Origin: an uncultured bacterium | Lineage (GTDB): Bacteria > Lernaellota > Lernaellaia > Lernaellales > Lernaellaceae | Direction: 5' to 3' | Length of the DNA: 28,333 nucleotides | Assembly: GCA_964534375.1 (NCBI GenBank) | Contig: CAZHPN010000003.1 | Span: 53,034-81,366, forward strand | Part shown: piece after piece, positions 1-7,835 of the stretch | Numbering within the stretch: the stretch's first letter is position 1 | How the letters are laid out: every line of letters starts with the position of its first letter | Program-made: the position numbers and the translations under genes | Notes under the pieces: generated by a model | Told to the model about the DNA's origin: nothing | The model's database searches: none | The model's input: only the letters and a program-made list of their open reading frames with translations

Positions 1-2
1 AC

Positions 3-62
3 GACGACAACGACAACGACGACGACAACGATGACAACGACGACAACGACAACGATGACGAC
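3..62 (+). repeat. GAC/AAC/GAT trinucleotide low-complexity tract encoding an Asp/Asn linker
   Basis: 20 consecutive codons encode only D or N, in frame with the propeller CDS. Confidence 0.9.
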
Positions 63-1028
63 TCGTGGTCGGTGATGGCGAACGCCACGCCGGACAAAGG
101 GTGGTTGTACGGCGTTTGGGGAAGCTCGGCCACGAATGTGTTCGCCGTGGGATATGACGAGACTTCAAAGCTGCCGGCGATTTGGCAGTACGCCGGTTCC
201 TCGTGGGCGGCGATGACGATCCCCACGACGGACAATGTGGCGTTGTACGGCGGCATTTGGGGAGGCTCGGCCACGGACGTGTTCACCGTGGGATTTGACG
301 AGACGTTAGGGCTTCCGGCGATTTGGCAGTACACCGGTTCGTCGTGGGCGACGATGACGAACGCCACGCCGGACGAAGGGTGGTTGAACGGCGTTTGGGG
401 AAACTCGACGACGGACGTGATCGCCGTGGGATATGACCAGACTTCAACTCTTCCGCTGATTTGGCAGTACAACGGTTCCTCGTGGTCGGCGATGACGTTC
501 GGCATGACGAACGCTGTGACGTTGAACGGCGTTTGGGGAAGCTCGGCCACGGACGTGTTCGCCGTCGGACATGACGACACTACATCCCGCCCGGTGATTT
601 GGCAGTACGCCGGTTCCTCGTGGACGGCGACGACGCCCACGACGGACACAGGGGATTTGCATGCCGTTTGGGGAAGTTCGGCCACGGACGTGTTCGCCGT
701 CGGACAAGATACGATTACGGAACTCCCGGCGATTTGGCAGTACAATGGTTCCTCGTGGGCGGCGATGGCGAACCCCACGACGGACATAGGGTATTTGGAC
801 GGCATTTGGGGAAGTTCGGCCACGGACGTGTTCGCCGTCGGAGTTGACAGTAATTCGTCGCTCCCGGTGATTTGGCGGTACGACGGTTCCTCGTGGGCGG
901 CGATGACGATCCCCACGACGGACCAAGGGCAGTTGTACGGCGTTTGGGGAAGCTCGGCCACGGACGTGTTCGCCGTCGGATACGACGATGCCACAGAAGC
1001 CGCTTTGATTTTGCACTACGGTCGCTGA
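3..1028 (+). CDS. Secreted/surface beta-propeller repeat protein with Asp/Asn-rich linker (5' truncated by window edge)
   Basis: Frame is open from base 3: DDNDNDDDNDDNDDNDNDDD-SWSVMAN..., so the ORF-track start at 72 is not the true start. Seven 45-47 aa repeats LxGVWGSSATDVFAVG...PxIWQYxGSSW; ends LILHYGR-stop at 1028. Confidence 0.85.
   Translation, partial: DDNDNDDDNDDNDDNDNDDDSWSVMANATPDKGWLYGVWGSSATNVFAVGYDETSKLPAIWQYAGSSWAAMTIPTTDNVALYGGIWGGSATDVFTVGFDETLGLPAIWQYTGSSWATMTNATPDEGWLNGVWGNSTTDVIAVGYDQTSTLPLIWQYNGSSWSAMTFGMTNAVTLNGVWGSSATDVFAVGHDDTTSRPVIWQYAGSSWTATTPTTDTGDLHAVWGSSATDVFAVGQDTITELPAIWQYNGSSWAAMANPTTDIGYLDGIWGSSATDVFAVGVDSNSSLPVIWRYDGSSWAAMTIPTTDQGQLYGVWGSSATDVFAVGYDDATEAALILHYGR
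100..1020 (+). repeat. Seven intragenic tandem repeats of 135-141 bp (propeller blades)
   Basis: Trp codon of the WG(S)S motif at 117, 258, 396, 534, 669, 807, 945; spacings 141,138,138,135,138,138, all multiples of 3. Confidence 0.95.
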
Positions 1029-1072
1029 CGCGCCATTCCCCGCGCTCGCGTTATCGGGCGGCGCGGTCGGCG

Positions 1073-1260
1073 GATAGGTCGGCGTTCCCAACTGGAAACG
1101 CCGACCTGTCGATAAGTCCGATGAATGCCCGACGGGGCGGTCGCCATCGATTCAGACCTGGCCCCATAAAAACCGGGCGGGTCCGAAACCCGCCCGTTGC
1201 ATTTCGTCGCGGGGCGGTTCGCGAACCGCCCCTATGGGGGCGACCTTCCGGTCGCCCCTG
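1073..1260. repeat. Cluster of four REP-like palindromes between convergent genes (may also serve in termination/mRNA protection)
   Basis: 1073-1110 GATAGGTCGGCGTTCCCA-AC-TGGAAACGCCGACCTGTC (18 bp arms, 2 mismatches); 1174-1196 CGGGCGGGT-CCGAA-ACCCGCCCG; 1211-1232 perfect palindrome GGGGCGGTTCGCGAACCGCCCC followed by TA; 1237-1258 GGGGCGACC-TTCC-GGTCGCCCC. Confidence 0.75.
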
Positions 1261-1262
1261 CA

Positions 1263-3494
1263 TTAGGATTCCGTCTTCGGCGTGAAGACCATGTTTTCCT
1301 TCACGAGTTCGGCGAGGTCGACGAGGCGTTTGCCTTCCATCGCCTTTTCCAACGACGGCCGCTTGCAGGACTCGTCGAACATCATGCCGCAGAAGGGGCA
1401 GGCGGTGACGATGTTGTCGGCGCCGACGCCGACCATTTCGTCGCAACGGTTGTTGTTGATGCGGAACACGCCGTTGGCTTCGTCGATGTGCTCTTCGAGC
1501 CACACGCGGCCGCCGCCCGCGCCGCAGCAGAAGGTCTTCAGTTCGCGGCGCTCGGGCTCCATCACTTTGAAGCCGGCCGCTGCGAGCAGCGAGCGGGGCT
1601 CGGCCATAATGTCGTTGTAGCGCGAGAGGAAGCACGAATCGTGGTAGACGGCCGATTTGCCGTTGCCACCCTTCATCTTGATCTTGCCGGCGGCGAGCAA
1701 CTGGGTCAGCAGCTCGGTGTAGTGCACGACCTGCCACTGGAAGCCGAAATCGGGGTATTCGTGCTTCAGGCAGTTGTAGCCGTGCGGGCAGAGCGTGACG
1801 ACCTTCTTGCCCTTGAACGTCGGGTCCAGTTCGAGGCCTTTGACCGTCTCCTGGAACATCATCACGATCGCCTGGAACGACGCCTCGTTGCCCAGGCGGC
1901 GGATCGAATCGCCGCAGCACATTTCCGCTTCGCCGAGGATCGCGAAGCTGACGCCGGCCTCTTTCAGAATCTGCACGAACGCGCGATTGGCCTTGATCGC
2001 CTTCGGGTCGAACGCGCCCATGCAGCCGATGAAGAGCAGGTATTCATAATCGGGGTTGTCGAAGATCGTCGGCACGCCGTCTTCCGCCGCCCACTTCGCG
2101 CGGTCGGCCGGGTTCCAGCCCCACGGGTTGGCGTTGGTGTCCATGTTCTTGAAGAAGCTCTTGCAAGCCGCTTCGGAATCGTCGAATTCCATCGCCAGTT
2201 CGCGCCGCATGGCCGTAATCAGCGGCACATGCTCGATCATCACCGGGCAGGCGTTCATGCAGGCCATGCAGTTGGTGCAATCCCACAGCACGGCCGAACT
2301 GATCGCGCCCTTGTTCTTTTCGTCGTCGCCCTGCATCGCGGCCTCGACCTTGAGCAGGTACTGGCCGTCGGCGCTGACGCCCTCTTTCGCGAGGTCCGCC
2401 GCGGCTTCGGCGTGGACCTCGGGGCTCATGTTCTTCGTGATCTGCGCGGCCAGCGCGGCAGCGGTCTTGGTCTGCCAATACGATTTCACGTCTTGGATGA
2501 ACTGCTTGGGCGACAGGTGCTTGCCGGTGTTGTACGCCGGGCACTGGTCTTGGCAGCGGCCGCAGCGGGTGCAGGCGTCAAGCTGCAGGATTTCGCGCCA
2601 GGTGAGTTGCTCCAGGCGCTTGTAGCCGAGCTCCACTTCTTCGCCGGCTTCCATGCGCGCCATCATGTTCGGGATCGGGGTGATGATCTTGCCCTTGGGC
2701 TTGAGCGAATGCGTGAAAATGCTCGCGCCCGTCGTCAGGATATGCCGCGCTTTGTTATACGGCAGGGCGGCGATGAAGCCCAACGACAACGCGGCGTGCA
2801 GGCTCCAGAAAAGCTTGTGCAGCGCCGGGTGATTGCCGAAGAGGCCCGCCAGGCCGTAACCGACGAAGCGGCTGGCTTCGTACGCCACGTTGCCCTTTTC
2901 GCCCATCATGACGCCGATGCGCGCGCCCTGGCTCAGAAAGCCGGTGAGCAGAATCAGAAAGATCCAAATCAGCAGGGTGGCGTCTTCCTGCTGGTTGTCG
3001 AGGCCTTTCGGCTTCATCACGTAGCGGCGCCAGAAGGCGAGAATCACGCCGCCGAGCGCCAGCACGCCGAACAGCGTCAGCAGAAAGCTGAAAATGACAT
3101 AAAAGTCGTTGCGAATGAATTTCTCGCCGCCGAAGAGCTGCCACACGTCTTCGTCGAGAACGGTCGTGGCCGTGCCGATGAACAGCACGACGAAACCCCA
3201 GAACAGCAGCAAGTGGAACAGCCCCTGGTAGGTCTCTTTCAAGACCTTCAGTTGCGCGATCCAGTACTTCAGCAGCTCGCCGACGCGCAACGCCGGTTGG
3301 TCGAGCGCGCCCTCGGCCTGGCGGCCGACGCGGTAGGCCTTGATCCGCAGCCACACGCCGTACGCGAAAATGACCATGACCGGGATCGACAAGGCGTAGA
3401 TGATCCAGCGCGTGTAGGCCCAAACGCCGCCGTACATATCCCACATCGGCAGACGTTCGATGCCGGCTTTTGCAACTTGTTCCGTGACCGCCAT
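1263..3494 (-). CDS. Membrane-bound Fe-S oxidoreductase, HdrD/FadF family; probable ETF:(methyl)menaquinone oxidoreductase (EMO)
   Basis: N-terminal multi-TM NarI-like region with His residues (GLFHLLLFWGF, WSLHAAL, KARHIL); two ferredoxin motifs CTRCGRCQDQCP and CTNCMACMNACP; two CCG domains (EMCCGD, YHDSC...TFCCGAGGG...TACPFC); AAGGAG SD upstream; directly downstream of etfBA. Confidence 0.9.
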   Translation of the reverse strand: MAVTEQVAKAGIERLPMWDMYGGVWAYTRWIIYALSIPVMVIFAYGVWLRIKAYRVGRQAEGALDQPALRVGELLKYWIAQLKVLKETYQGLFHLLLFWGFVVLFIGTATTVLDEDVWQLFGGEKFIRNDFYVIFSFLLTLFGVLALGGVILAFWRRYVMKPKGLDNQQEDATLLIWIFLILLTGFLSQGARIGVMMGEKGNVAYEASRFVGYGLAGLFGNHPALHKLFWSLHAALSLGFIAALPYNKARHILTTGASIFTHSLKPKGKIITPIPNMMARMEAGEEVELGYKRLEQLTWREILQLDACTRCGRCQDQCPAYNTGKHLSPKQFIQDVKSYWQTKTAAALAAQITKNMSPEVHAEAAADLAKEGVSADGQYLLKVEAAMQGDDEKNKGAISSAVLWDCTNCMACMNACPVMIEHVPLITAMRRELAMEFDDSEAACKSFFKNMDTNANPWGWNPADRAKWAAEDGVPTIFDNPDYEYLLFIGCMGAFDPKAIKANRAFVQILKEAGVSFAILGEAEMCCGDSIRRLGNEASFQAIVMMFQETVKGLELDPTFKGKKVVTLCPHGYNCLKHEYPDFGFQWQVVHYTELLTQLLAAGKIKMKGGNGKSAVYHDSCFLSRYNDIMAEPRSLLAAAGFKVMEPERRELKTFCCGAGGGRVWLEEHIDEANGVFRINNNRCDEMVGVGADNIVTACPFCGMMFDESCKRPSLEKAMEGKRLVDLAELVKENMVFTPKTES

Positions 3495-3529
3495 CGGCTA
3501 GTCTCCTTTGGAAGCGAATTGAATGCGAA

Positions 3530-3562
3530 CCGGCGGGGCGAAGCCGGGCCTCGCCCCGCCGG
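3530..3562 (-). repeat. GC-rich REP-like hairpin between etfA and the oxidoreductase gene
   Basis: CCGGCGGGGCGA (3530-3541) is the exact reverse complement of TCGCCCCGCCGG (3551-3562); no clear U-tract. Confidence 0.65.
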
Positions 3563-3571
3563 CGGCTTGCC

Positions 3572-4540
3572 TTAGCTGGCGAGCAGCTTTTTCACTTCGG
3601 TCGTGAAGATCGGCACCGCGTCGAACAAATCGGCGACCAGGCCGTAATCGGCGACCTGGAAGATCGGCGCTTCGGGATCTTTGTTGATCGCGACGATCAC
3701 TTTCGACGTCCGCATGCCGGCCAGGTGCTGAATCGCGCCCGAGATGCCGCACGCCACATACAACGTCGGGTTGACCACTTTGCCGGTCTGGCCGACTTGC
3801 TGCGCCTGGTCGGCGTAGCCGGCGTCGACCGCGGCGCGCGAGGCGCCGACCGTCGCGCCGATGACGTCGGCGAGGTCTTCGAGAATCTTGAAATTGGCGC
3901 GGTCTTTCATGCCGCGGCCGCCGGAAACGATGCGGTCGGCTTCCGTGAGGTCCAGCTTGCCGCTCTTGCCGGCGATGACTTCGACGACCTGCGCTTTGGG
4001 CGCGCCCAGGTCCGCGGCGAGGGCCGCTTCCTCGGCGGCGCCGGCGCCCGGCTCGTCAACCGGCATCGTGTTCGGCCGCACGGTCGCGAAGGCCGGGGCG
4101 GCGACGAACGACACCTCGACGAACGCTTTGCCCGCGAACACCGGCCGTTTGGCGACGAAGTTCGCGCCGTCCATCCGGTAGCCGATGATGTCGCTGGCGA
4201 GGCCGCCGCCGGTTTTCACGGCGACGCGCGGCGCGAGGTCTTTGCCCGTGGCGGTGGCGCCGATCAGCACGACGCCCGGGGCTTCGGCTTTGATCAGGTT
4301 CGCCAGAATATTGGCGTAGCCTTCGGTGTTGTATTTCTCGACGCCGTCGGCGATGTAAACTTTGGCGGCGCCGTAGGGGCCCAATTTGGCGCCCAGGCCG
4401 GCGAGGCCTTTGCCGATGGCGGCGGCGACGACTTTGCCGCCGCTGGCCGCGGCGATTTTCTTCGCGGCGGACAGCATTTCAAAGGTGATTTTTTTCGGCT
4501 CCGTTCCCCGGAGCTCGGCGAAAACCAGAACGTTCGACAT
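3572..4540 (-). CDS. etfA: Electron transfer flavoprotein alpha subunit
   Basis: FAD-binding signature IVSGGRG...VGASRAAVDAG...QVGQTGK..P.LYVACGISGAIQHLAGM...AINKDPEAPIF; AGGAG SD. Confidence 0.97.
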   Translation of the reverse strand: MSNVLVFAELRGTEPKKITFEMLSAAKKIAAASGGKVVAAAIGKGLAGLGAKLGPYGAAKVYIADGVEKYNTEGYANILANLIKAEAPGVVLIGATATGKDLAPRVAVKTGGGLASDIIGYRMDGANFVAKRPVFAGKAFVEVSFVAAPAFATVRPNTMPVDEPGAGAAEEAALAADLGAPKAQVVEVIAGKSGKLDLTEADRIVSGGRGMKDRANFKILEDLADVIGATVGASRAAVDAGYADQAQQVGQTGKVVNPTLYVACGISGAIQHLAGMRTSKVIVAINKDPEAPIFQVADYGLVADLFDAVPIFTTEVKKLLAS

Positions 4541-4582
4541 TTTCTTTCTCCTGTGCGAACCCGGGTTTTCCGGGGATGGAAA

Positions 4583-5368
4583 TTAGAGAACCTTCGCCTC
4601 GTCGCGAAGCAGTTTGGTCACCTGGGCGACGCGCTGGGCCAGATCGTCCGCCGTGCCCTTGAAGACTTTGCCGGCCTGGCGGGTCGGGGGCAGCGTCCAC
4701 GCGCCGATCTTGGTCTTCGCATCGGCCACGGAAGCGCCCACGTCCGCCAGCGTCTTTTTGGCGAGCGGTTTGCGCTTGGCCTTCATGATGCCCGGGAGGC
4801 TCGCGTAACGCGGCTCGTTGAGGCCCTTGGTCGCGGTGAGAATCATCGGGGCCTGGCCTTCGATCACTTCCTTCGCGCCGCCTTCGATGTCGCGGTGCGC
4901 GCGGATCTTGGTTCCGTCGATCTCGACCTTGCTGACGACCGTCACCTGGCCGATGCCCAGCATTTCGGCGAGCATCTGCGGCGCGGCGGCCATGTCGTCG
5001 TCGACGGCCTGTTTGCCGCAGAGGATCAAGCCGTAATCGAGGCCCTTCAGCGCGCCCAACATCGCCTTCGCCACGACGAACGCGTCGGCGCCGTAGATGC
5101 CGGCGTCTTCGACGTGGATCGCGTCGTCCGCGCCCATCGCCAGGGCCGTGCGCAACGCTTCCTCGGCGCGCTTCGGGCCGATCGAGAGCACGGTCACCTT
5201 CGCCGCTTTGCCGGCTTCCTTGATCTTGAGCGCTTCTTCCACGGCGAATTCGTCGTAGACGTTGAGCACCCACTTGATGCCCTCGACGTCGATGCCGCTG
5301 CTGTCGCCGAGCAACTTGATCTTCGTCTCGGTGTCCGGCACCTGTTTGCACAAGACAACAATATTCAC
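4583..5368 (-). CDS. etfB: Electron transfer flavoprotein beta subunit
   Basis: KQVPDT, YDEFAVEEAL, ALAMGAD, LCGKQAVD, NEPRYASLPGIMKAKRKP motifs; GTG start with AAGGAGG SD. Confidence 0.97.
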   Translation of the reverse strand: MNIVVLCKQVPDTETKIKLLGDSSGIDVEGIKWVLNVYDEFAVEEALKIKEAGKAAKVTVLSIGPKRAEEALRTALAMGADDAIHVEDAGIYGADAFVVAKAMLGALKGLDYGLILCGKQAVDDDMAAAPQMLAEMLGIGQVTVVSKVEIDGTKIRAHRDIEGGAKEVIEGQAPMILTATKGLNEPRYASLPGIMKAKRKPLAKKTLADVGASVADAKTKIGAWTLPPTRQAGKVFKGTADDLAQRVAQVTKLLRDEAKVL

Positions 5369-5428
5369 GGTTAACCCTCCTTACGTAAGGAACAGACGCC
5401 GTTCCCCGCCGCGGCCGGCGCTCGGCCG

Positions 5429-6046
5429 TTAGCTGCGCAGGCCGCGGATGAACAGCTCCGTTGTTTGTTCGACGATCGCTTTCATGTCGTGTTTTGGCTC
5501 CGGCGTCAACACCCAATACAGCACCAACTCGTCCAGCGCGCCGAACAGGGCCCGCTTGATGACGCCGGGGTTGACGTCGTCCCGGAACACGCCTTTGTCT
5601 TTGCCCTCGCGAATGATGACGCTGACCAGGTTCATGTATTCGGCGAACTTCACCGGCACGTACTCTTTCATGAACCGCTGGCTCTGGCGCAATTCGACGC
5701 TGATCACCTCGGCCAGCGCCCGGTTCTGCTCCATCAGCTCCATGTGGAGCCGGATGTACGTGCGCAGTTTGTCCTCCGGGCCGTCGATGCCGTGCAGCAT
5801 CTCCTGGAACCGCGTGTTGATCTCGTCGAGCCGCTCTTCGAACACCTTGATCAGGATGTCGTCCTTGTTCTTGAAATACAAATAGATCGTGCCGTCGGCG
5901 ACCCCCGCCTCCTTGGCGATCTGGCTGATCTTGGCGTTATGAAAGCCGTTCTTCGCAAAGACTTTGATGGCGGCGCGCAGGATTCGTTCGTGTTTGTCCT
6001 TGTTCGCGTTGCGCCCTTTGCTCAAGTTCAGGCTGGCTGATTGCAC
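5429..6046 (-). CDS. fadR: TetR-family regulator, FadR(YsiA)-like fatty acid degradation repressor
   Basis: HTH ILRAAIKVFAKNGFHNAKISQIAKEAGVADGTIYLYFKNKDDILI and C-terminal IELRQS, FGALDE motifs resembling Bacillus FadR/YsiA. Start moved to GTG at 6046 (GGGAG SD just upstream) because the longer ORF-track start overlaps the operator. Confidence 0.85.
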   Translation of the reverse strand: MQSASLNLSKGRNANKDKHERILRAAIKVFAKNGFHNAKISQIAKEAGVADGTIYLYFKNKDDILIKVFEERLDEINTRFQEMLHGIDGPEDKLRTYIRLHMELMEQNRALAEVISVELRQSQRFMKEYVPVKFAEYMNLVSVIIREGKDKGVFRDDVNPGVIKRALFGALDELVLYWVLTPEPKHDMKAIVEQTTELFIRGLRS

Positions 6047-6182
6047 CTTGCGCTCCCAAAAACGGCGAAAGGCCCGACGGCCCGTTGCTGGCGCCGCGTC
6101 AGTTGACTGAAAGTTGAATTCGGCAACCCCACCGCCGCGCGCGGACCCGCGCCAACCGCTTAGTTCGTCCGCGCGAGCCCAC

Positions 6183-6200
6183 TGAATGAGCATTCACTCA
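6183..6200. promoter_or_regulatory. FadR(YsiA)-type operator palindrome
   Basis: TGAATGA-GCAT-TCACTCA, one mismatch from TGAATGA-N4-TCATTCA; lies just downstream of the predicted -10 of the fadR-etf operon. Confidence 0.8.
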
Positions 6201-6208
6201 TTTCGCAG

Positions 6209-6238
6209 AAAGTACCATTGCCGAAGGAAAGCTGTCAA
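6209..6238 (-). promoter_or_regulatory. Sigma70-type promoter of the fadR-etfB-etfA-oxidoreductase operon
   Basis: Minus strand TTGACA (6238-6233), 18 bp spacer ending TGG, TACTTT (6214-6209): perfect -35 plus extended TGn -10. Confidence 0.7.
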
Positions 6239-6285
6239 GGCGAATCCGGCGAATCGGGCGACTTCGGCCGGCGGGGCGTCGCCCG

Positions 6286-6423
6286 GGTTCTGGTGTCTGG
6301 GAGTTCTGGGAATTCCGGGATGCCTGGGAGTTATGGGCCTCATGAGCCGACTGACCGCGGTGAGCCGTGAATTCCAGATTCCCTGGACTTCCCAGGATTC
6401 CCAGCACTCCCAGAATTCTCATT
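6286..6423. repeat. Inverted pair of 9-bp tandem arrays (copy 1), G-quadruplex motif on each strand
   Basis: Left arm GGG-AGTTCT-GGG-AATTCC-GGG-ATGCCT-GGG-AGTTAT-GGG (6299-6337); right arm CCC-TGGACTT-CCC-AGGATT-CCC-AGCACT-CCC-AGAATTCTCATT (6381-6423). Confidence 0.85.
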
Positions 6424-6519
6424 TTCTTTCGCGGCAACTCCCGCCTACCGCCTTCACTTCACAAACCGCGAGTGTTACTTTGTGATCGTGCGCCGACACC
6501 AGAGGAGGTCGCAATAACT

Positions 6520-7698
6520 ATGTTGGAACGCGCGCGCCGGCCAGCCGACAACGTCAAAGCCCTGGGTTACGTCTCGTTGGCCAACGACGTTAGCTCGGAC
6601 ATGATGATTCCGCTGCTGCCCGCATTTGTAACGACCGTGCTCGGCTTGAGTCCGGCGTTTCTCGGTTTTTTGGAAGGCCTGGCCGAATCGACGGCGTCGC
6701 TGCTCAAATTGGTTTCGGGTTGGTACTCCGACCGCGTGAAAAAGCGCAAGGCGCTGGCGGTTATTGGCTACGGGCTGTCGAACGTGGTCAAGCCGTTGGT
6801 CGGTCTGGCGACGGCCGGTTGGCACGTGTTGCTGCTGCGCTTCGCCGAACGCGTGGGCAAGGGCATCCGGACCAGCCCGCGCGACGCGTTGCTGGCGGCG
6901 TCGGTGACCGCGGAAGAGCGCGGGCGGTCGTTCGGCTTTCAGCGGGCGATGGACAATTTCGGCGCGACGATCGGCCCCTTGCTCGCGGCGCTATTGTTGT
7001 GGCTGTTCCACGACAACCTGCGGCTGATTTTCTTGTTGGCGGCGATTCCCGGCGCGTGGGCGATGTGGCTGCTGATCCGCCGCGTGCAGGAGATCCCGGC
7101 GCCCGAGGCGACGGCCGCGCCGAAACCCGTGGGGCCCTCGCCGCTGGCCGGCGGCATTCCGACCGGCGCGTTTCGCTCGTACCTGCTGGCGGTAGTGCTG
7201 TTCACGCTCGGCAATTCGTCGGACGCCTTTCTGGTTTTGCGCGCGCAGAGCCTCGGCATTTCGCTGCCGTTGATCCCGATTCTGTGGGCCGCGCTGAATC
7301 TGGTGAAAGCGTTGGCGGCCACGCCCGGCGGCGCCTTGTCCGACAAAATCGGCCGGCGCTGGTCGATCACGCTCGGCTGGTTCGTTTATTTCCTGGCGTA
7401 CGTCGGCTTCGCGCTGGCCACGAAAACGTGGCACATCTGGGCGCTCTTCGTTTTCTACGGCCTGTTCTACGGGCTGACCGAAGGGCCCGAGCGGGCGCTG
7501 GTGGCGGACCTCGTGCCCGAAGACCAGCGCGGCCGCGCGTACGGCTGGTATCACCTCAGCATCGGCGTCGGCGCGCTGCCGGCTTCGCTGCTGTTCGGCG
7601 TGCTCTGGAAATACGCCGGGGCGCCCACGGCGTTTATGGCCGGCGCGCTGTTGGCCGGCGCCGCGGCGGTGATGCTCGGCAAATCGGTCAAACAATGA
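6520..7698 (+). CDS. Major facilitator superfamily transporter
   Basis: About 12 hydrophobic segments; motif A-like GWYSDRVKKRK and GALSDKIGRR; ERVGKGIRTSPRDAL and TLGNSSDAFL motifs; ATG at 6520 after GGAGG. Confidence 0.92.
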   Translation: MLERARRPADNVKALGYVSLANDVSSDMMIPLLPAFVTTVLGLSPAFLGFLEGLAESTASLLKLVSGWYSDRVKKRKALAVIGYGLSNVVKPLVGLATAGWHVLLLRFAERVGKGIRTSPRDALLAASVTAEERGRSFGFQRAMDNFGATIGPLLAALLLWLFHDNLRLIFLLAAIPGAWAMWLLIRRVQEIPAPEATAAPKPVGPSPLAGGIPTGAFRSYLLAVVLFTLGNSSDAFLVLRAQSLGISLPLIPILWAALNLVKALAATPGGALSDKIGRRWSITLGWFVYFLAYVGFALATKTWHIWALFVFYGLFYGLTEGPERALVADLVPEDQRGRAYGWYHLSIGVGALPASLLFGVLWKYAGAPTAFMAGALLAGAAAVMLGKSVKQ

Positions 7699-7835
7699 CG
7701 CCCAAAAAAAATCGGTTGCGCACTTAATCGCAATTTTTGGGTGACAAGTTGACGCTTGCTCCGGCGCCGGTCCGCGGGCTATGATTTGCGTGAGATCGGC
7801 AGTGACGGGGAACGTACCGGAGCGCAGGATCCAGC

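Noticed and set aside
100..1020. Regularly spaced DNA repeats as a CRISPR array
   Set aside because: Period is 135-141 bp, always a multiple of 3, the intervening parts are homologous and all lie in one open frame; no cas genes.
1197..3575. 792-aa plus-strand ORF (likewise 3725-5374, 11129-12778, 13319-14284, 14581-15915)
   Set aside because: Antisense shadows of well-recognised genes; long stop-free reverse frames are expected with strong GC3 bias.
6047..6519. N-terminal extensions of the TetR and MFS ORFs and small ORFs 6186-6485, 6198-6437
   Set aside because: They run through the operator, promoter and nonamer arrays; better SD-linked starts exist at 6046 and 6520.
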